DNA of 48,651 nucleotides, filler included, from Jimgerdemannia flammicorona (Eukaryota): the NCBI GenBank assembly GCA_003990765.1. It is 2 parts of 2 records of this genome, joined end to end, with 100 filler letters (N's around TTAATTAATTAA, not from the genome) between each part and the next. Parts side by side here need not be neighbours in the genome. Positions count along the whole stretch, not along the records: positions 24,379 to 48,651 come from RBNJ01000995.1; 1 more part is not named here. One strand, written 5' to 3'. The notes under the pieces are model-generated. The model saw only the letters and a program-made list of their open reading frames with translations. It was not told where the DNA came from and did not search any database. Position numbers and translations under genes: made by a program. Below, piece after piece: positions 34,640-47,516 of this stretch; the stretch's first letter is position 1; every line of letters begins with the position of its first letter.

Positions 34640-36600
34640 CCATATATTTGTTTTTTTAAAGATTTTCAATAAGATCAAGTATGAATTATATTAGCTCAGA
34701 AGAATTTTGATTTTATAGTCTATACTCCTTTTGGACAATAGTTCTCTAGATAGATTATTTGAAAAGAATATTCTAAAATTTCTGAATTAGAAGTTGGACT
34801 GTCTTTGGGAGATCCTTTTTTATTTCTAACTTTGAGAATCATATAACTGTCAAGAATACTTACTTGTGCTTTTTGAAAAGCTTCTTGAATTAAATTACAG
34901 ATATGGTTTCTATTGGTACTTTTGTAGGCTTCTTTACTTCTATATAACCTTCTTTCTTTCTTTGTTTAGTATGAACTTATTGTCTCTTCAATTGATATCA
35001 GAATTATATAGTACTAATTAGAGTTTTTCAGAATAATGTGATATTCTTTTAAAGATATAATATAGAGATTTAATTTTTTAAAGTACTCTTGTATTGTATA
35101 GGATAGCTTGACTGTCATTTTGTTAATTTGATATTCTTTTCTATTAGCTGTAGAAATCTTAAATTCTATATATTGCAGTAGACTAATAGAAATAATTTTT
35201 AGTTTTTTTACTAACTTCTTACTGATAAAGTTATCAGATGCACCACTATTAATAAAGATATCTATTTCTTATCTCTTATACTTCTAGTACTTCTAAATCC
35301 TTTAGTACCTTAAGTGATTTCTTTTAGTTTTATAACTTTCTTGATTATCTTGGCTTATTTCAGAATTAGTTATATAACTCAGTCTTACTTCTTGATTTTG
35401 AAGAGCTATGCATTATTATTGATCAGAAGTACTTTAATTTTTTCATTATAGTCTAGATCAATTACCCCTGCATCTAGATGAATATAGTATTTGATACTAA
35501 GATCTAATTGTGGTATAATTCTTTTATAATATCCTTCAAATATCTGTATAGCTAGCTCAATAGCTACAAGTTATTACTATCTTATAGGAATTATTATATC
35601 TTAAGTGGCTACTAGGTCTGACCTAATTGCTTCTGAGGTTTTTACTTCTGATATAATAGTATTAAAATATAGTTTTTGAACAATCAGATATACTTCTTCA
35701 GTATGAGTAATAGATATTACTATTTTTTTCTTAGTAATAGTAAGTGTCTTCTTTGTTTCTGTCCAATCTTTGGTCTTTTTTAGGTATTAGGTAGTAATAT
35801 ATCCTTCTTCTCAACAATAGAAGCAGGCTTTACTTTTGTGTAATTTTTTCTTTTCCTCTGGTATAAGTCTTAATTTGGTAAATAGTATCTAAATATATTA
35901 GAGCAGATTCTACAACCTTTTTGGGGTATCTATATCCTTGGTGGGACTTCTTAATTGGTTTAGAGAAATTTTCTTTTCTAAAGAGATTATATCAAAGTAG
36001 TCTGTAATCAATATTACTTCTTTAATAGTTTTTGGATCACATAGCTCTACTTCTCACCTGGTGTGGTCCTTGAGTCCTTATATATATCTTTTAAGTTTTT
36101 TAACTTTACTGATATTATTGATCTCTAAGACTTTACTCATAAAGATAGTAGTATAGGTTTTAATAAATTCTGTTTATTCTAGAGATGACAATTTATCTCT
36201 GGCCATCTTTTTTGAGTTGATAAGCTTGAACTATTATATATATAAGTTGATCTTGAAACTCTTCTCAGTCTGAGAGGTCTACCTTCTTATCCTTGAAAAC
36301 TTGGTATTTCATTTTTTATCAAATAGCTATATCTTCTTATAATAGTACTCTTATATAAGTAACTAATTCTTCACTTGATAATCCACTATTACAAAGTACT
36401 ATGTAGTTTATATTGAAGAGCCAGATTTAGATATTATCTCTTCTTCTATTATAAGGTTTAGGTGATAGTAACTTGAGATATATATTCTTGACTATGATAG
36501 AGGGGTCTACTATTAGTCCTTTGTCTTTAAAATCTGATGTCTCTTCTATTGTTTATATCTTTTCTTATATCTTTTAATAGGTCTGCATCAGTTGTGCCAC
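34640..36600 (-). mobile_element. Gypsy family F relic: gag, knuckle, dUTPase, protease, start of RT
   Basis: KACFYC*EEGY near 35830; RIIPQLDLSIK..DAGVIDLDYNEKIKVLL at about 35430-35520; IFINSGASDNFI near 35245. Confidence 0.8.
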
Positions 36601-36929
36601 TTGTTCTTAGAGCTATTACATATCTTCTTTAGAGGCTATGATATCAGAAAGAGTTTATATGTACTCAGAGTTGAGAGTGGTGAGCAGTGGGGGATACCTG
36701 AAACTATGGAGTCTGAAATAGAAGTCAGTGAGTTAGAGAGCAGTAAGATGGAGTATAGCAAGGTATTAGCATGAGATATGATGGCTAAAGATTAATTGTA
36801 GATAGAGAATAGATAAATAAATACATATAGATAATAAACTAATACCCACTATACAACTGCAAACAGTAAACATAATTTGGAGATTCAGTATATTCTATTT
36901 AATTTGGTATATTCTGTATAAGTCCTGAT

Positions 36930-37075
36930 TGAGTGAGGTTTGCAATAATATTTGAATGAGGTTTGTGGTATATTTGAGTGAGATTTATAATGAGATTTGC
37001 AGTGAGATTTGAGTGAGATTTGTAAGTAAGAATAAAGTAAGATTTGCAAGCAATATTTGAGTGAGATTTATATAA
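36930..37075. repeat. Degenerate TTTGAGTGAG(G/A)TTTG repeats
   Basis: Motif recurs several times with variable spacers. Confidence 0.65.
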
Positions 37076-37393
37076 GTCAGACTTTGCAAGTCTTGTGCTT
37101 ACAAGTCGAAATAAGCTCAGTTTGAGTTATGCTTATACTTATGTTTATACTTACAATCTAGAGCAAATCTCACTTATACTTATACTTATATATATGCTTG
37201 CAATTCAGAGCTTTTCTCACTATATTTCACTTCTCTTATATGTATAACTCTTATATATTCCTCCACCTCTCTCACTCTTATTTCAATTTATTAGATATTT
37301 TAAAAAGGAGTTCAAAAGAGATTTCAAAGAGATTTCAAAAGAGCTTCTGAAAGCTATTATAGCTTTTGAATATTTAATATATCAAAATCTTAC

Positions 37394-37510
37394 TTTTATC
37401 TCTCATTCTTTACTTTACCTCATTCTTCACTTCATCTTATCTTTTACTTCATCTTATTCTTTACTTTACCTTATTCTTTACTTTGCCTCATCCTTTGCTT
37501 TATCTCACTT
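37394..37510. repeat. 17-bp tandem repeat, about 7 copies (TACTTTACCTCATTCTT)
   Basis: Units start at 37411, 37428, 37445, 37462 and 37479, with partial units on both sides. Confidence 0.85.
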
Positions 37511-38959
37511 AATTTACTACTATGTTAAAAATATTTAAATATAGCTATTTGGCCAATAAGTATTTATAAGGTTTCCCTCAAGCTTAATATATCTTAGCTT
37601 ACTATCTCAAAGCTCAGTGCTCTAAAAATACCCAGCTTACCAACACCCAGCCTGCCAAGCTTGCCAACACCCAGATTACTGAGCTCACTAACTCTCAGCT
37701 CACTGACTCTCAGCTCTGTAATCTCTAGCTTGACCACCAGCTCACTACTATATAGCTTACTCTCTCAGATCTTCAACTTTCTCACTTCTAGCTTGCCACC
37801 AAATAGCTCACTCCCCCAGATCCCCAGCTTTCTGACTACTAGCTTTCCACCAGTCTATAAGTATAAGATTTTCTACTAGATTATAATAATATAGCTTAAA
37901 AAAGTCATTTTTTTTTTTTTACTAAATTAATATCTAAATTATTTTTCTAATAATATTTGAAATATATATATCCTCTAGTTTTTAAGCCTGAACCAGAGTA
38001 CAAATATTGCTATAATTGCCATTTTTGTCATTGAGTTTACCCAAGCACTATCTGAGAGAATTATCAAACCAATTTCTCAGATATCCCAAATCTCATAGAG
38101 AAAAGACCTTATAAATCAGACATTAGATATACTTTTGCTATAGCCAACAAATATATTCAGAAAGTATATGATGACTAACTGAGGCAAGAAGTCATAAGAG
38201 TAATAGAAAACTATGTAAAAATTATAAAACATTCATCATACTATACTAGCTTTAAGATAAATACCAAACTGTAGAGCAAGTGGGGTTGTCTAGATAGAAC
38301 TATTATCATAGATGAATACAAAAAACTACTGACCATATTTAAATGAGTATTAGTGAAGAATGACAAAATGCTTTATATATAACTAATAGATATGTAATAG
38401 ACTTATATATTTGGTTGATATTAAGAAAAGAGGAGTAGCAGTGAAGATGATAGAGAGATAGAAGAGGTAGAGAGGTTAGTACAGGAGAGGTCAGCATTGG
38501 GGAGGTCAGTGTGAGGGAGGTTGGTATAGAGGAATATGGGAAGATTAGTATGGTGGATAAAATAGAGATTGGTATAGAAGAGATTAGTATAGAGGAGAAT
38601 ATAAAGGAAAGTAGTTTGGAATATATAGAGAAAGATAGTTTGGAATATAAGAAAGAGGAGAAGAATTAGTTGATTTATAGTAATGAAGAGTAAGATCTAT
38701 TTATATTAGTAAGCTCTTTATTTTTCTAATTTACTTCCTATTTATTTTCAATTTTATTTTAATTTCTGATTTCTAATTATGTTTCTGTTTTTTATTCTAA
38801 ATATATATCTTAAATATATAATATATATTTTTTTTGTACCTTATAGCTTAAAGATGAATTAAAGATAGATCTATATTGGATTAAATATAGATTAGAGTTG
38901 GGTTATATATATTTCTTTGATCAGATTATATATATTTCTCAATTTAGGTCATATATATT

Positions 38960-39210
38960 TTTCAGATCAGATTAAAGACAGATTATATATAATTCTAAGT
39001 CAGGTTAAAGATAGGTTATATATAATTCTAGATCAGATTAAAGATGAGTTATTTATAATTCTAAGTTAGATTAAAGATAGATAATATACATTTCTAGGTC
39101 AGATTAAAAATGGGTGATGTTTAATTCTAGGTCAGGTTAAAGATAGATGATATATATTTCTGGGTCAGATTAAAGATAGATTACATATAATTCTAGGTTA
39201 GGTTAAATAT
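38960..39210. repeat. 33-bp tandem repeat, about 8 copies; possible subterminal array of a hAT element
   Basis: Unit TTCTAGGTCAGATTAAAGATAGATTATATATAA; followed at about 39235-39242 by GAGTACTA, similar to the MITE end GGAGCACTA. Confidence 0.8.
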
Positions 39211-39399
39211 ATATACAGATCAGCTCAGATTGCAGAGTACTAGTATAGTATTACCTTTATATCATTAATCTAACTTACTGTTCTGACCAGAATGATATAT
39301 ACTATTGACCCAAATTCTTAAGTATACTATTTCTGAGGATATATATTAAGTATATATATATATATATAAGCTTTACAATACTTAAATCTGTTGTCTAAG

Positions 39400-40445
39400 T
39401 AATATTTGTTTATTTTTAGTTCTATAGCCTTACTCTTTATTTAATATTATAAAGACCTTTATATAATTTATATATGAGCTCCTTTTGCTCATCATTAGTT
39501 TATATCTTTATAGTTAATAGATATATCCTTCATATCTATATCACTATTCAAGAAGGCTGTTTTAATATCTATTTAATAAATTTTATGGTTATATTTATCT
39601 CTGATTATAAGAAGTACTTTAAGTGAAGTAAGCTTAAATACTAGAAAAAAGTTCTCATTATAGTTTATACTATATTCTTATAAATATTCCTTTACAAAAA
39701 ATTGAGCCTTATATTACTCTATACCACTATTACTATTATATTTAATTTTATATATGTACTCAGTAGAATCCTATACCTTATTGATTTGTCAGAAGAGAGA
39801 CTAAATTCCATATATCATTCTTGATATGTGAACTATACTCCTCAAATATAGTTTTTTTTCACTCTTTCTTATCATCCAAGTGTATAGCTTCATTATAGTT
39901 TGTTGGTTCACCAGTCATTACTATGTAGGTACACTTTCAGGTATAGTTTATATAATATTATTTATAATAGTATATCTTAAACTGATTTCAATAATCTCTT
40001 AAATCTGTTTTCACTTCATTTTGTAATATAGATTTGTACTTTTTTTACCTTTTAGGAAGATATCCTCATTGTTATCCTTGTATAATTCTTAGCTCTAATA
40101 GAAGTATTTACTATTGAATTTGGCTCATTATCTATCATAATGCTGGTTTTGCCCTCATTCTTTGTTTGGCTTGTCTTTGTCTCATCCATATACTCTGTAG
40201 AATATTTTCTCATCATTTTTATTATCATTACCATCTAGCCTTAATTTCTCATTTAAAAGACTCATGACTACATATTTATAGTCTGATAGTTTATCAGATT
40301 CTCTCATAGTAGCAACAACTATATTGTATGTCTCAGAAAGGTCATACATAAAGACCGGGACCTTGTTTTTATTTTTGATGAGGTCTACTGATATAGAAAG
40401 AGAATTCACTTAATTTGTCAGATTGTTAATATAGTCAGTATAGTT
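39400..40445 (-). mobile_element. Ty1/Copia relic: gag joined to RT by an internal deletion
   Basis: gag LSETYNIVV..SLLNEK; RT EEYSSHIKNDIWNLV, IDIKTAFLNSD (cf. MDVKTAFLNG) and KLYKGLYNIK* (cf. KALYGLKQ). Confidence 0.8.
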
Positions 40446-40446
40446 C

Positions 40447-40650
40447 TTTTTTTTTTATTTTTATTTTTATTTTTTTTTTTATAGTCACTTGGACTTCCTT
40501 CCTTTATTATGCCCATCTATCCTATATAAATACAGTTATCCCACCCCCTATCCAATCCCCCTAGGGGGGTCTCTCCCCTTTATCCCTTCCTAATGAAAGA
40601 CTACTTTGTTTAATACAATCTCCACCCTCTCACCACTCTGCTCACAGATT
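40447..40650 (-). mobile_element. 5'-truncated 3' end of a related LINE with poly(A) tail
   Basis: Reverse complement ends AATAAAGG..AGTCCAAGTGACTAT(A)n and aligns to 11278-11450. Confidence 0.9.
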
Positions 40651-40651
40651 A

Positions 40652-42043
40652 TGGAGTATATCCTCTATACTTATTGATTTCAAGATCAGGTTGTCATCTC
40701 AACCAAAGTCCTTTTTTGGACTAGTTCTGGATATTCAGAATTTTCCATATTTCAGGAAGTTCAAGAAACTAAGACCAGCTTAGTTGAATTGGCATATTAC
40801 TACAGATAATACCCAATTAGGAAATTTCATGATGGTGTTAGGAGTGGGACCTAATGGAGAGTAGATTTACTTAAAAGTGGTTTGTGGGTTATTAAATAGG
40901 TTTATTTGCTATTTATAATATTGCTATACTAAGAGTAGTTATGTGAAGAGATATTGTGGAGAAGTGTTCAGGAGTTGTGTTTGGATTATTCAAATATTCA
41001 AGTCTGAGATTCTGAGATCTGGAGAGGGGGTATTTATACTAGTGAGGGGCTATCTGGACTATACTGAATATGGATGTAGCACTTAGTGCTTTGCTGAGTT
41101 GGAATATAGTCACATAGTGCAAGAGTGATCTGATATGTCAAGAGATTGTCTGACTGCTGAGTCAGTTCACAGTTATGTCATATAAGACTAATCTAACTAT
41201 ACTATGACTGCTAAGCTATTTATAGATTTAGATACTATCTGGTTAGTCTTTGATGATATCACTATTGATGACATCATCGCTAGCAAAGTCTGAGCAGTTT
41301 TCTGACTTCTGATATCATCAGTTTCAAAGGTGTTGTCACTTCTATCTCTTGCAAGATTAAGGCTGTTCTTGGTAGTGGTAGTTGTACAAGGATAACAGGT
41401 CTTAGTTCTTTTTTTTTTTTGTCTGCTGGTGTATTTGCGAGGACTGGCCATCCTTATCTAGGGCAAGGGCTCCCAATGTCATGGCTGGGGGTTTGAACCT
41501 CTCAGAAATGATATTTTCTATAATCTGAGGCAATTTCTAGTAGTAATATCTGTCACATAGATAGCTTGAGATTGGTTTTGACAATGTTAGCTTTCTTGAG
41601 TTCAGATGAAGCATCTGTCACTCTCCAATGGAGGTGATACAGATAGAGTGAACAGAGTTATTCAAATGCATTTTACTTCTACTAAGTAATGAGGTCTTAT
41701 ATAGTCATGGTGTATCTTGGTCTTGAGTTGATAAGTACAGTTCATGAACCTTTTGATGGGTGAGATAGGGTTCTTCTTGTCTTGGTTTGATTTTGGTACT
41801 TTCGGTTTCCTTTTGTAATAGTACAGTACACTAGACTAGTTATAGAGGTTCGGAGTCAGTCTTATGGTTGTAGTACTTCTTCTGGTATTCTTGTATCTTG
41901 GTGGAGAGTTCTCATGCTTGCTGGTGTATTTTGTGTAACCAGATGATCTCTTCAGTAACTTGTTTTATAGTCTTGCATGTGGTTTCCAAATTAGTTCTGA
42001 GGATGATATGCAATTTTGGTGGCTTGGAGGTTGTGTGCTTACA
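40652..42043 (-). repeat. Family E LTR copy 1 (solo or orphan; about 95 bp missing at the left end)
   Basis: Collinear with about 42766-44729; starts TGTAAG on the minus strand; carries the empty MITE site GGTGATAC at 41633-41640. Confidence 0.9.
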
Positions 42044-42670
42044 GAAAAGGACCCACTCAGTTCTAGTGACTCTAGACTAAAGATCACCCATATCAATAAG
42101 CTACAGCTTAAAAAATTAGCTAAGAAATATCCTCTCTTTGCCATCTCTATCTATCTATCCAAAGAAGAACTCAAGAACTCTGAAGAAGACTTTTCCAAAG
42201 TTAATAACTATGTCAGACCCCTACTCCAGAAATTCCAAGATATATTCCTAAAGAAACTTCTGAAAGGCCTATTATCTAAATGAGTAGTAGACCATGCCAT
42301 CAAGACTATCTCAGATGCCAAGCCTGCCTTCAAGTCAATCTACTACATGTCTCTGAGAGAAATTAATATACTTAAGAAAGAGATTGATGAACTCTTAGAA
42401 CAAGAATTCATTAGACCTAGTGTATTACCCTATAGTATATCAGTCCTCTTTGTTGTCAAGAAAGGAGGAGACCTATAAATATACATTGATTACTATGACC
42501 TCAATGAGTAAATAATCAAGAACTGCTGCCCACTATCCTAAATCAATGAAATATTTAATAGACTTACTAATCTACAATTCATGAGCTCTTTTGACCTATA
42601 AAATAAGTACTGGCAAATTATCATGAAAAAAGAAGACATCTACAAGATGGCCTTTTATAAGAGGGTTACT
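42044..42670 (+). pseudogene. Gypsy RT N-terminal fragment between two family E LTRs
   Basis: LLQKFQDIF..VDHAI..EIDELLEQEFIRPS..VLFVVKKGGDL..IDY..LN. Confidence 0.88.
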
Positions 42671-44729
42671 TGTTAGGATAACCATTACATAGTTCTAGAA
42701 GAGTTTTCTGGAAGTTCTGGATATTCAAGAAGACCATTTTCTTAAGGTCAAGATTAATTTCATATAGAGTACATTATCTATACCTATTGATTTCAAGATT
42801 AGATTAATGTCTCAACCAAAGTCCTTTTTTGGACTAGTTCTGGATGTTCAGAATTTCTCATATTTCAGAAAGTTCAAGAAACTAAGACCAGCTTAGTTGA
42901 ATTGGTGTATTGCTGCAGACAATATCTAATTAGGAAATTTCATGATAAGATTAGGAGTGAGATCTAACAGAGAGTAGATTTACTTAAGAGTGGTTTGTGA
43001 GTTATTAAATAGGTTTATTTGCTATTCATGATATTGCTATACTAGGAGTAGTTGTATAAAGGAGTATTGTGGAGAAGTATTTAGGAATGTTCTTGTATAT
43101 TCAAATCTGAGATTCTGAGGTCTGGGGGAGAGGATATTTATACTAGTGAGGGGCTATCTGAGCTATGTTGAATATGGATATATATAGCACTTAGTGTTTT
43201 ACTGAGTCAAAATGTAGTATATAGTACAAGTATGATCTGATATATCAAGAGATCATCTGACTGCTGAGTTAGTTCACAGTTATATTATATAAGGCTAATC
43301 TAACTATACTATGACTGCTAAACTATTTATAGATCTAGATGCTATCTGGTTAGTCTTTGATGACATTACTATTGATGATATCATCTCTGGCAAAGTCTGA
43401 GCAGTTTTCTGACTTCTGATATCATCAGTTTCAAAAGTGTCATCACCTCTGTCTCTTATAAAATTAAGGTTGTCCTTGGTGGCAGTAGTTGTATAAGGAT
43501 AACAGGTCTTGATTTTCTTTTTTTTTGAACTGCTGGTACATTTGCAAGGACTGATCATCCTTATCTAGGGCAAGGGTTCTCAATATCATAGCTGGGGGTT
43601 CAAACCTCTCAGAAATGATATTTTCTGTAATCTGAGGCAATTTCTAGTAGTAATATCTGTCACATAGATGGGCTTGAGATTGGTTTCAACAATGTTGGCT
43701 TTCTTGAGTTCAGATGAAGCATCTGTCATTCTCCAACAGAGGTGACACTAGTGCTCCTAATGAGTCAATTTAATCTGGATTGGATTCGGATTGATTCGGA
43801 TTGAATCCCATCCAGATCAACTTGGATGGGATTCGAATCCCATCCGGATGGATTCGAATTAACCATTGTTTTGATTTCCTAATTAGACAATTAAATGTTT
43901 ACATCAATAACTTGATGAATAATTATCCAAATTTGATGTTCTTGGTGTCATTTGAAAGCCCTTAATAAGGCCTATCTAATGATACCAAGAACATTGAAAT
44001 CAGATCATGCGTTGCTGAGTTATGAAGGAAAACGTCTGAATCGCCGATTTTGATTTGCCGATTTTGGAAATTTCATCAAATGGAACATTTCCCTTAATAT
44101 CTCGGCAACACGTAATCCGAATTTAATGTTCTTGGTATCATTAGAAAGGCCTTATTAAGGGCTTTCAAATGACACCAAGATCATCAAATTTGGATGATTA
44201 TTCATCGAGTTATTGATGTAAACATTTAATTGTCTAATTTGGAAATCAAAACAATGGTTGATTCGAATCCATCCGGATGGGATTCGAATCCCATCCAGAT
44301 TGACTCGGTCGGAGCACTAGGTGACACAGATAGAGCAAATAGAGTTATTCAAATGTATTTTGCTTCTACTAAGTAATAAGGTCTTTGTATAGTTGTAGTG
44401 TATCTTGGTCTTGAGTTGATAAGTGTAGTTCATGAACCTTTAGTAGATAAGAGAGGTTCTTCTCATCTCAGTTTAAGTTTGGTACTTCAGTTTCCTTTTG
44501 TAATAGTATAGTATACCAAAACTAATTGTAGAAGTATAGGGTCAGTCTTATAGTTGTAGTACTTCTTTTGGTATTCTTATGTCTTAGCAGTAGGTTTTCA
44601 TACTTGCTGGCATATTTTATATAACCAGATGATCTCTTTAGTAACTTGTTTTGTAGTCTTGCATGTGGTTTCTGAATTGGTTCTGAGGATGACATACAAT
44701 TTTGGTGGCTTGGAGGTTGTGCACTTATA
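42671..44729 (-). repeat. Family E 3' LTR (about 1.48 kb plus MITE insertion)
   Basis: Minus-strand PPT CTAAGAAGGGAGAGT at 44730-44744; plus-strand terminus TGTTAGG at 42671; minus-strand TATA-like box near 43140. Confidence 0.9.
43749..44319. mobile_element. hAT-type foldback MITE (571 bp)
   Basis: TIR TAGTGCTCC/GGAGCACTA; 8-bp TSD GGTGACAC at 43741-43748 and 44320-44327; inverted arms of about 220 bp; empty site in the sister LTR; CpGs intact. Confidence 0.97.
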
Positions 44730-44744
44730 ACTCTCCCTTCTTAG

Positions 44745-47514
44745 CTTTTGATATCCTCATTAGGATCTTCTAATTTTGTTCTAGTATTGTTATATCATTT
44801 AGATAGTCAAAAGTCTGATAAGGTCCATTTTTTCAGAAAGTGGCATACTCATAGTACAGTTGCCTAATATATTAGATTCATATATTAAAGGGTTATGTAT
44901 TCAATGCTGTATACTGGAAGTAATCTTGACATTATTTACTGCTAGAGAATTTCCTCTAAGGAATTTTCTTAAATATCTATATCTTGTTTCTCACCAGTGA
45001 TATGGGGAGAATAGGCTGGCTTTCAGTTTTGCTATTTTTTCTAGAAAATCAGTATTTTATCTTAACTTGCTGAGTTCTTGATTTTGTTTGTGATAATTAT
45101 AATATTCTGGAGGGTAATACATATATAGTATATACTAATAGGTGTAGAAGTGTTTGGTTTTAGTTGTTCAAAGAATCATATTCCTGAACTAAGTCAGTGG
45201 TATTCTGAAGATTGGTCTTGGACTCCTATGTTGCATTATGGATCAGATAACTTTTCCATTTAACAAGATACTTGGGATAGTTCTTGTGGTTACATTTATT
45301 GAGAATTTGTTCAACTTTGTATTCTTCTTAGTCATTAATAATGACAGGTATAGGTGGTTCTGTAATTTAGTTCAGAAATAGCTTATAATCATTTTTATTA
45401 TATCACTTGAGATATTAGACATTGAAGACTGGGTGAATCTTAATGATATCTGGTAGCACCAATTTGTATAAGGTTGGAGAAACTTGTATAATGACTTCAA
45501 ATAGTCTGATAAATTTACTATTTAGCTTTGTAGATGGTCTGTGCTTGAGGTTATCAACTCAGTATTCTTAGATATCTAGTAGGACTTTTTCTCCAATATC
45601 AAAAGTTTCCTCTCAGCAGTACTGGTTAATATATTATAACTGTTGTTCTTAAGTTCATGATAAATTCTCAATTGTGATCTGGCTTAAATTGTATATTTAG
45701 AGCAGAAATTCTTCAATGACTTTGACTGTGGAGAGTTCATCAGTAGTTCAGATAAGTGTCAGAGAGGTGTTTGGGTTTTGTCCTATATTGGCAAAGAATG
45801 AAGTCATTCCAAGGAAGGCTTGCTTGCTATTGTTGTAGGCAAACTTGACTACAGTGAGATATTTATGCCAATCATCTTGTCTGTAGGAAATATAGTTCCT
45901 TAGCATTTGTTCCAGAGTTTGGTTCATTCTTTCAGTTTGGCCATCAGTTTCAGAGTAAAAGACTGTAGAGAGTATAAGTTTCATTCCAAGGTGTACATGG
46001 AGAGCTTTTCAAAAATAGCTGGTGAATTTTGAGTCTTGATTACTAACAATGATCTTAGGAAGACCATGAGAGTAGAAGATACATATTATCAAACAAGAGG
46101 GCAGCTATATCTGATACTATTATAGTAGTAATAGTTGGTACAAAGTGGGCTTATTTACTGAGATAGTTCATGAAGACAATAATTGCATCTTTTCCATTCT
46201 TGATTTGGGATAGTTGAACAATGAAGTTCATAGAGATTTATTTCCAATTAGTAGATAGTACTGAGATGGAGTGGAGTAGGCCAGGTTTTGCTAATGTTGA
46301 GGACTTGTTGCATTGGCAGATATCACAGGAAGTAATATAGGTCTTGAGCTAATCTGCCATATAGAGCCAATAGGAGTTTTGGAAGATGACTTCATAGCAT
46401 TTGTCAAATCCTAAATGTCCAGCTGTAGGGGCTTCATGACATTCAAATAGGATAGTCCTTTGGAGGTCTCAGTTGTTTGGAATATATAATCTGTCCTTGT
46501 AGTAGATAGCATTATTCTTCAGTTGATATTGATGGTACCAGGTGTGCTTATTAGCACTATCACTGCTCAGGATTTCTCAGAGTGCTTGAGCTTTCTTATC
46601 ATCAGTACATACTGTGATAATTTGTTCCATGATAGAGTTGGTAACCAATATAAGAGTTTGGATAACTTATTCAATTGGTAGTCTAGAGATTGTATCAGTG
46701 ACAATATTTTCCTTACTAGAGTAATATTAGATTTTATAGTCAAAGTTGGTGAGGACTTTCATCCATCTGGCTTGCTTTTGAGAAAGGGTAGCCTGGGTCT
46801 TGATATTGACTAATGACTTGTAGTCAGTCAATATAGTGAAGTATACTCCTTCTAGATATGATTGCTATTTGATCAGTATGTCTATAATGGCTAATATTTC
46901 CTTTTCATGAGTTGTATAGTTAATTTCTGCATTATTGAACTTATAAGAATGATAGGCAACAGGGTGTCCTTCTTATATAAGCACTGCTCTAAGAGCTAGG
47001 TCAGAGATATCAGTAGTAACTTCATATGGTAGAGCAGCATTTACCACTTGAAGTACTGGAGTAGTTATCAAGATATCTTTCAATGCTTGAAAGACTGTGT
47101 CTTGTTTGGGTCCCCAGTTTATAAGATTGTTAAAGTCCATCTCTTGTTTCATGGTCTAGGGCTGTTCTTCTTTCTTGCTATACTTGGTCATTTGGATAAG
47201 GGCAGTAGCAATTTTGGTAAAGTTTGTAACAAATCATCAGTAATAGTTTGCTAATCTCAGGAATGACTGAAGATCTTTTAGCTTTTTAGGTCTGGGCCAA
47301 TTCTTGATTGCAGATATTTTGCTAGGGTCCACTTTAATTCTATTTGACATAACAATGTATCCAAGAAATTAGATTTCCTTTAGAAGGAATTCACATTTGC
47401 TGAGTTTTGCAAAGAGTCAGTTTTCTTGGAGTTTCAGTAGTACTAGTTTAAGGTGTTCAAGATATTCCTCTAGGGTTTTGTTGAAGACTAGGATATCATC
47501 AATATAGATAACCA
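44745..47514 (-). mobile_element. Gypsy chromovirus family E internal 3' half: RT from YIDD, RNase H, integrase, chromodomain
   Basis: IYIDDILVF near 47500; TTDISD; ETDGQTERMNQTLEQMLR; IHPVFNV; EYKVEQIL..YLVKWK at about 45180-45330. Confidence 0.92.
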
Positions 47515-47516
47515 GT

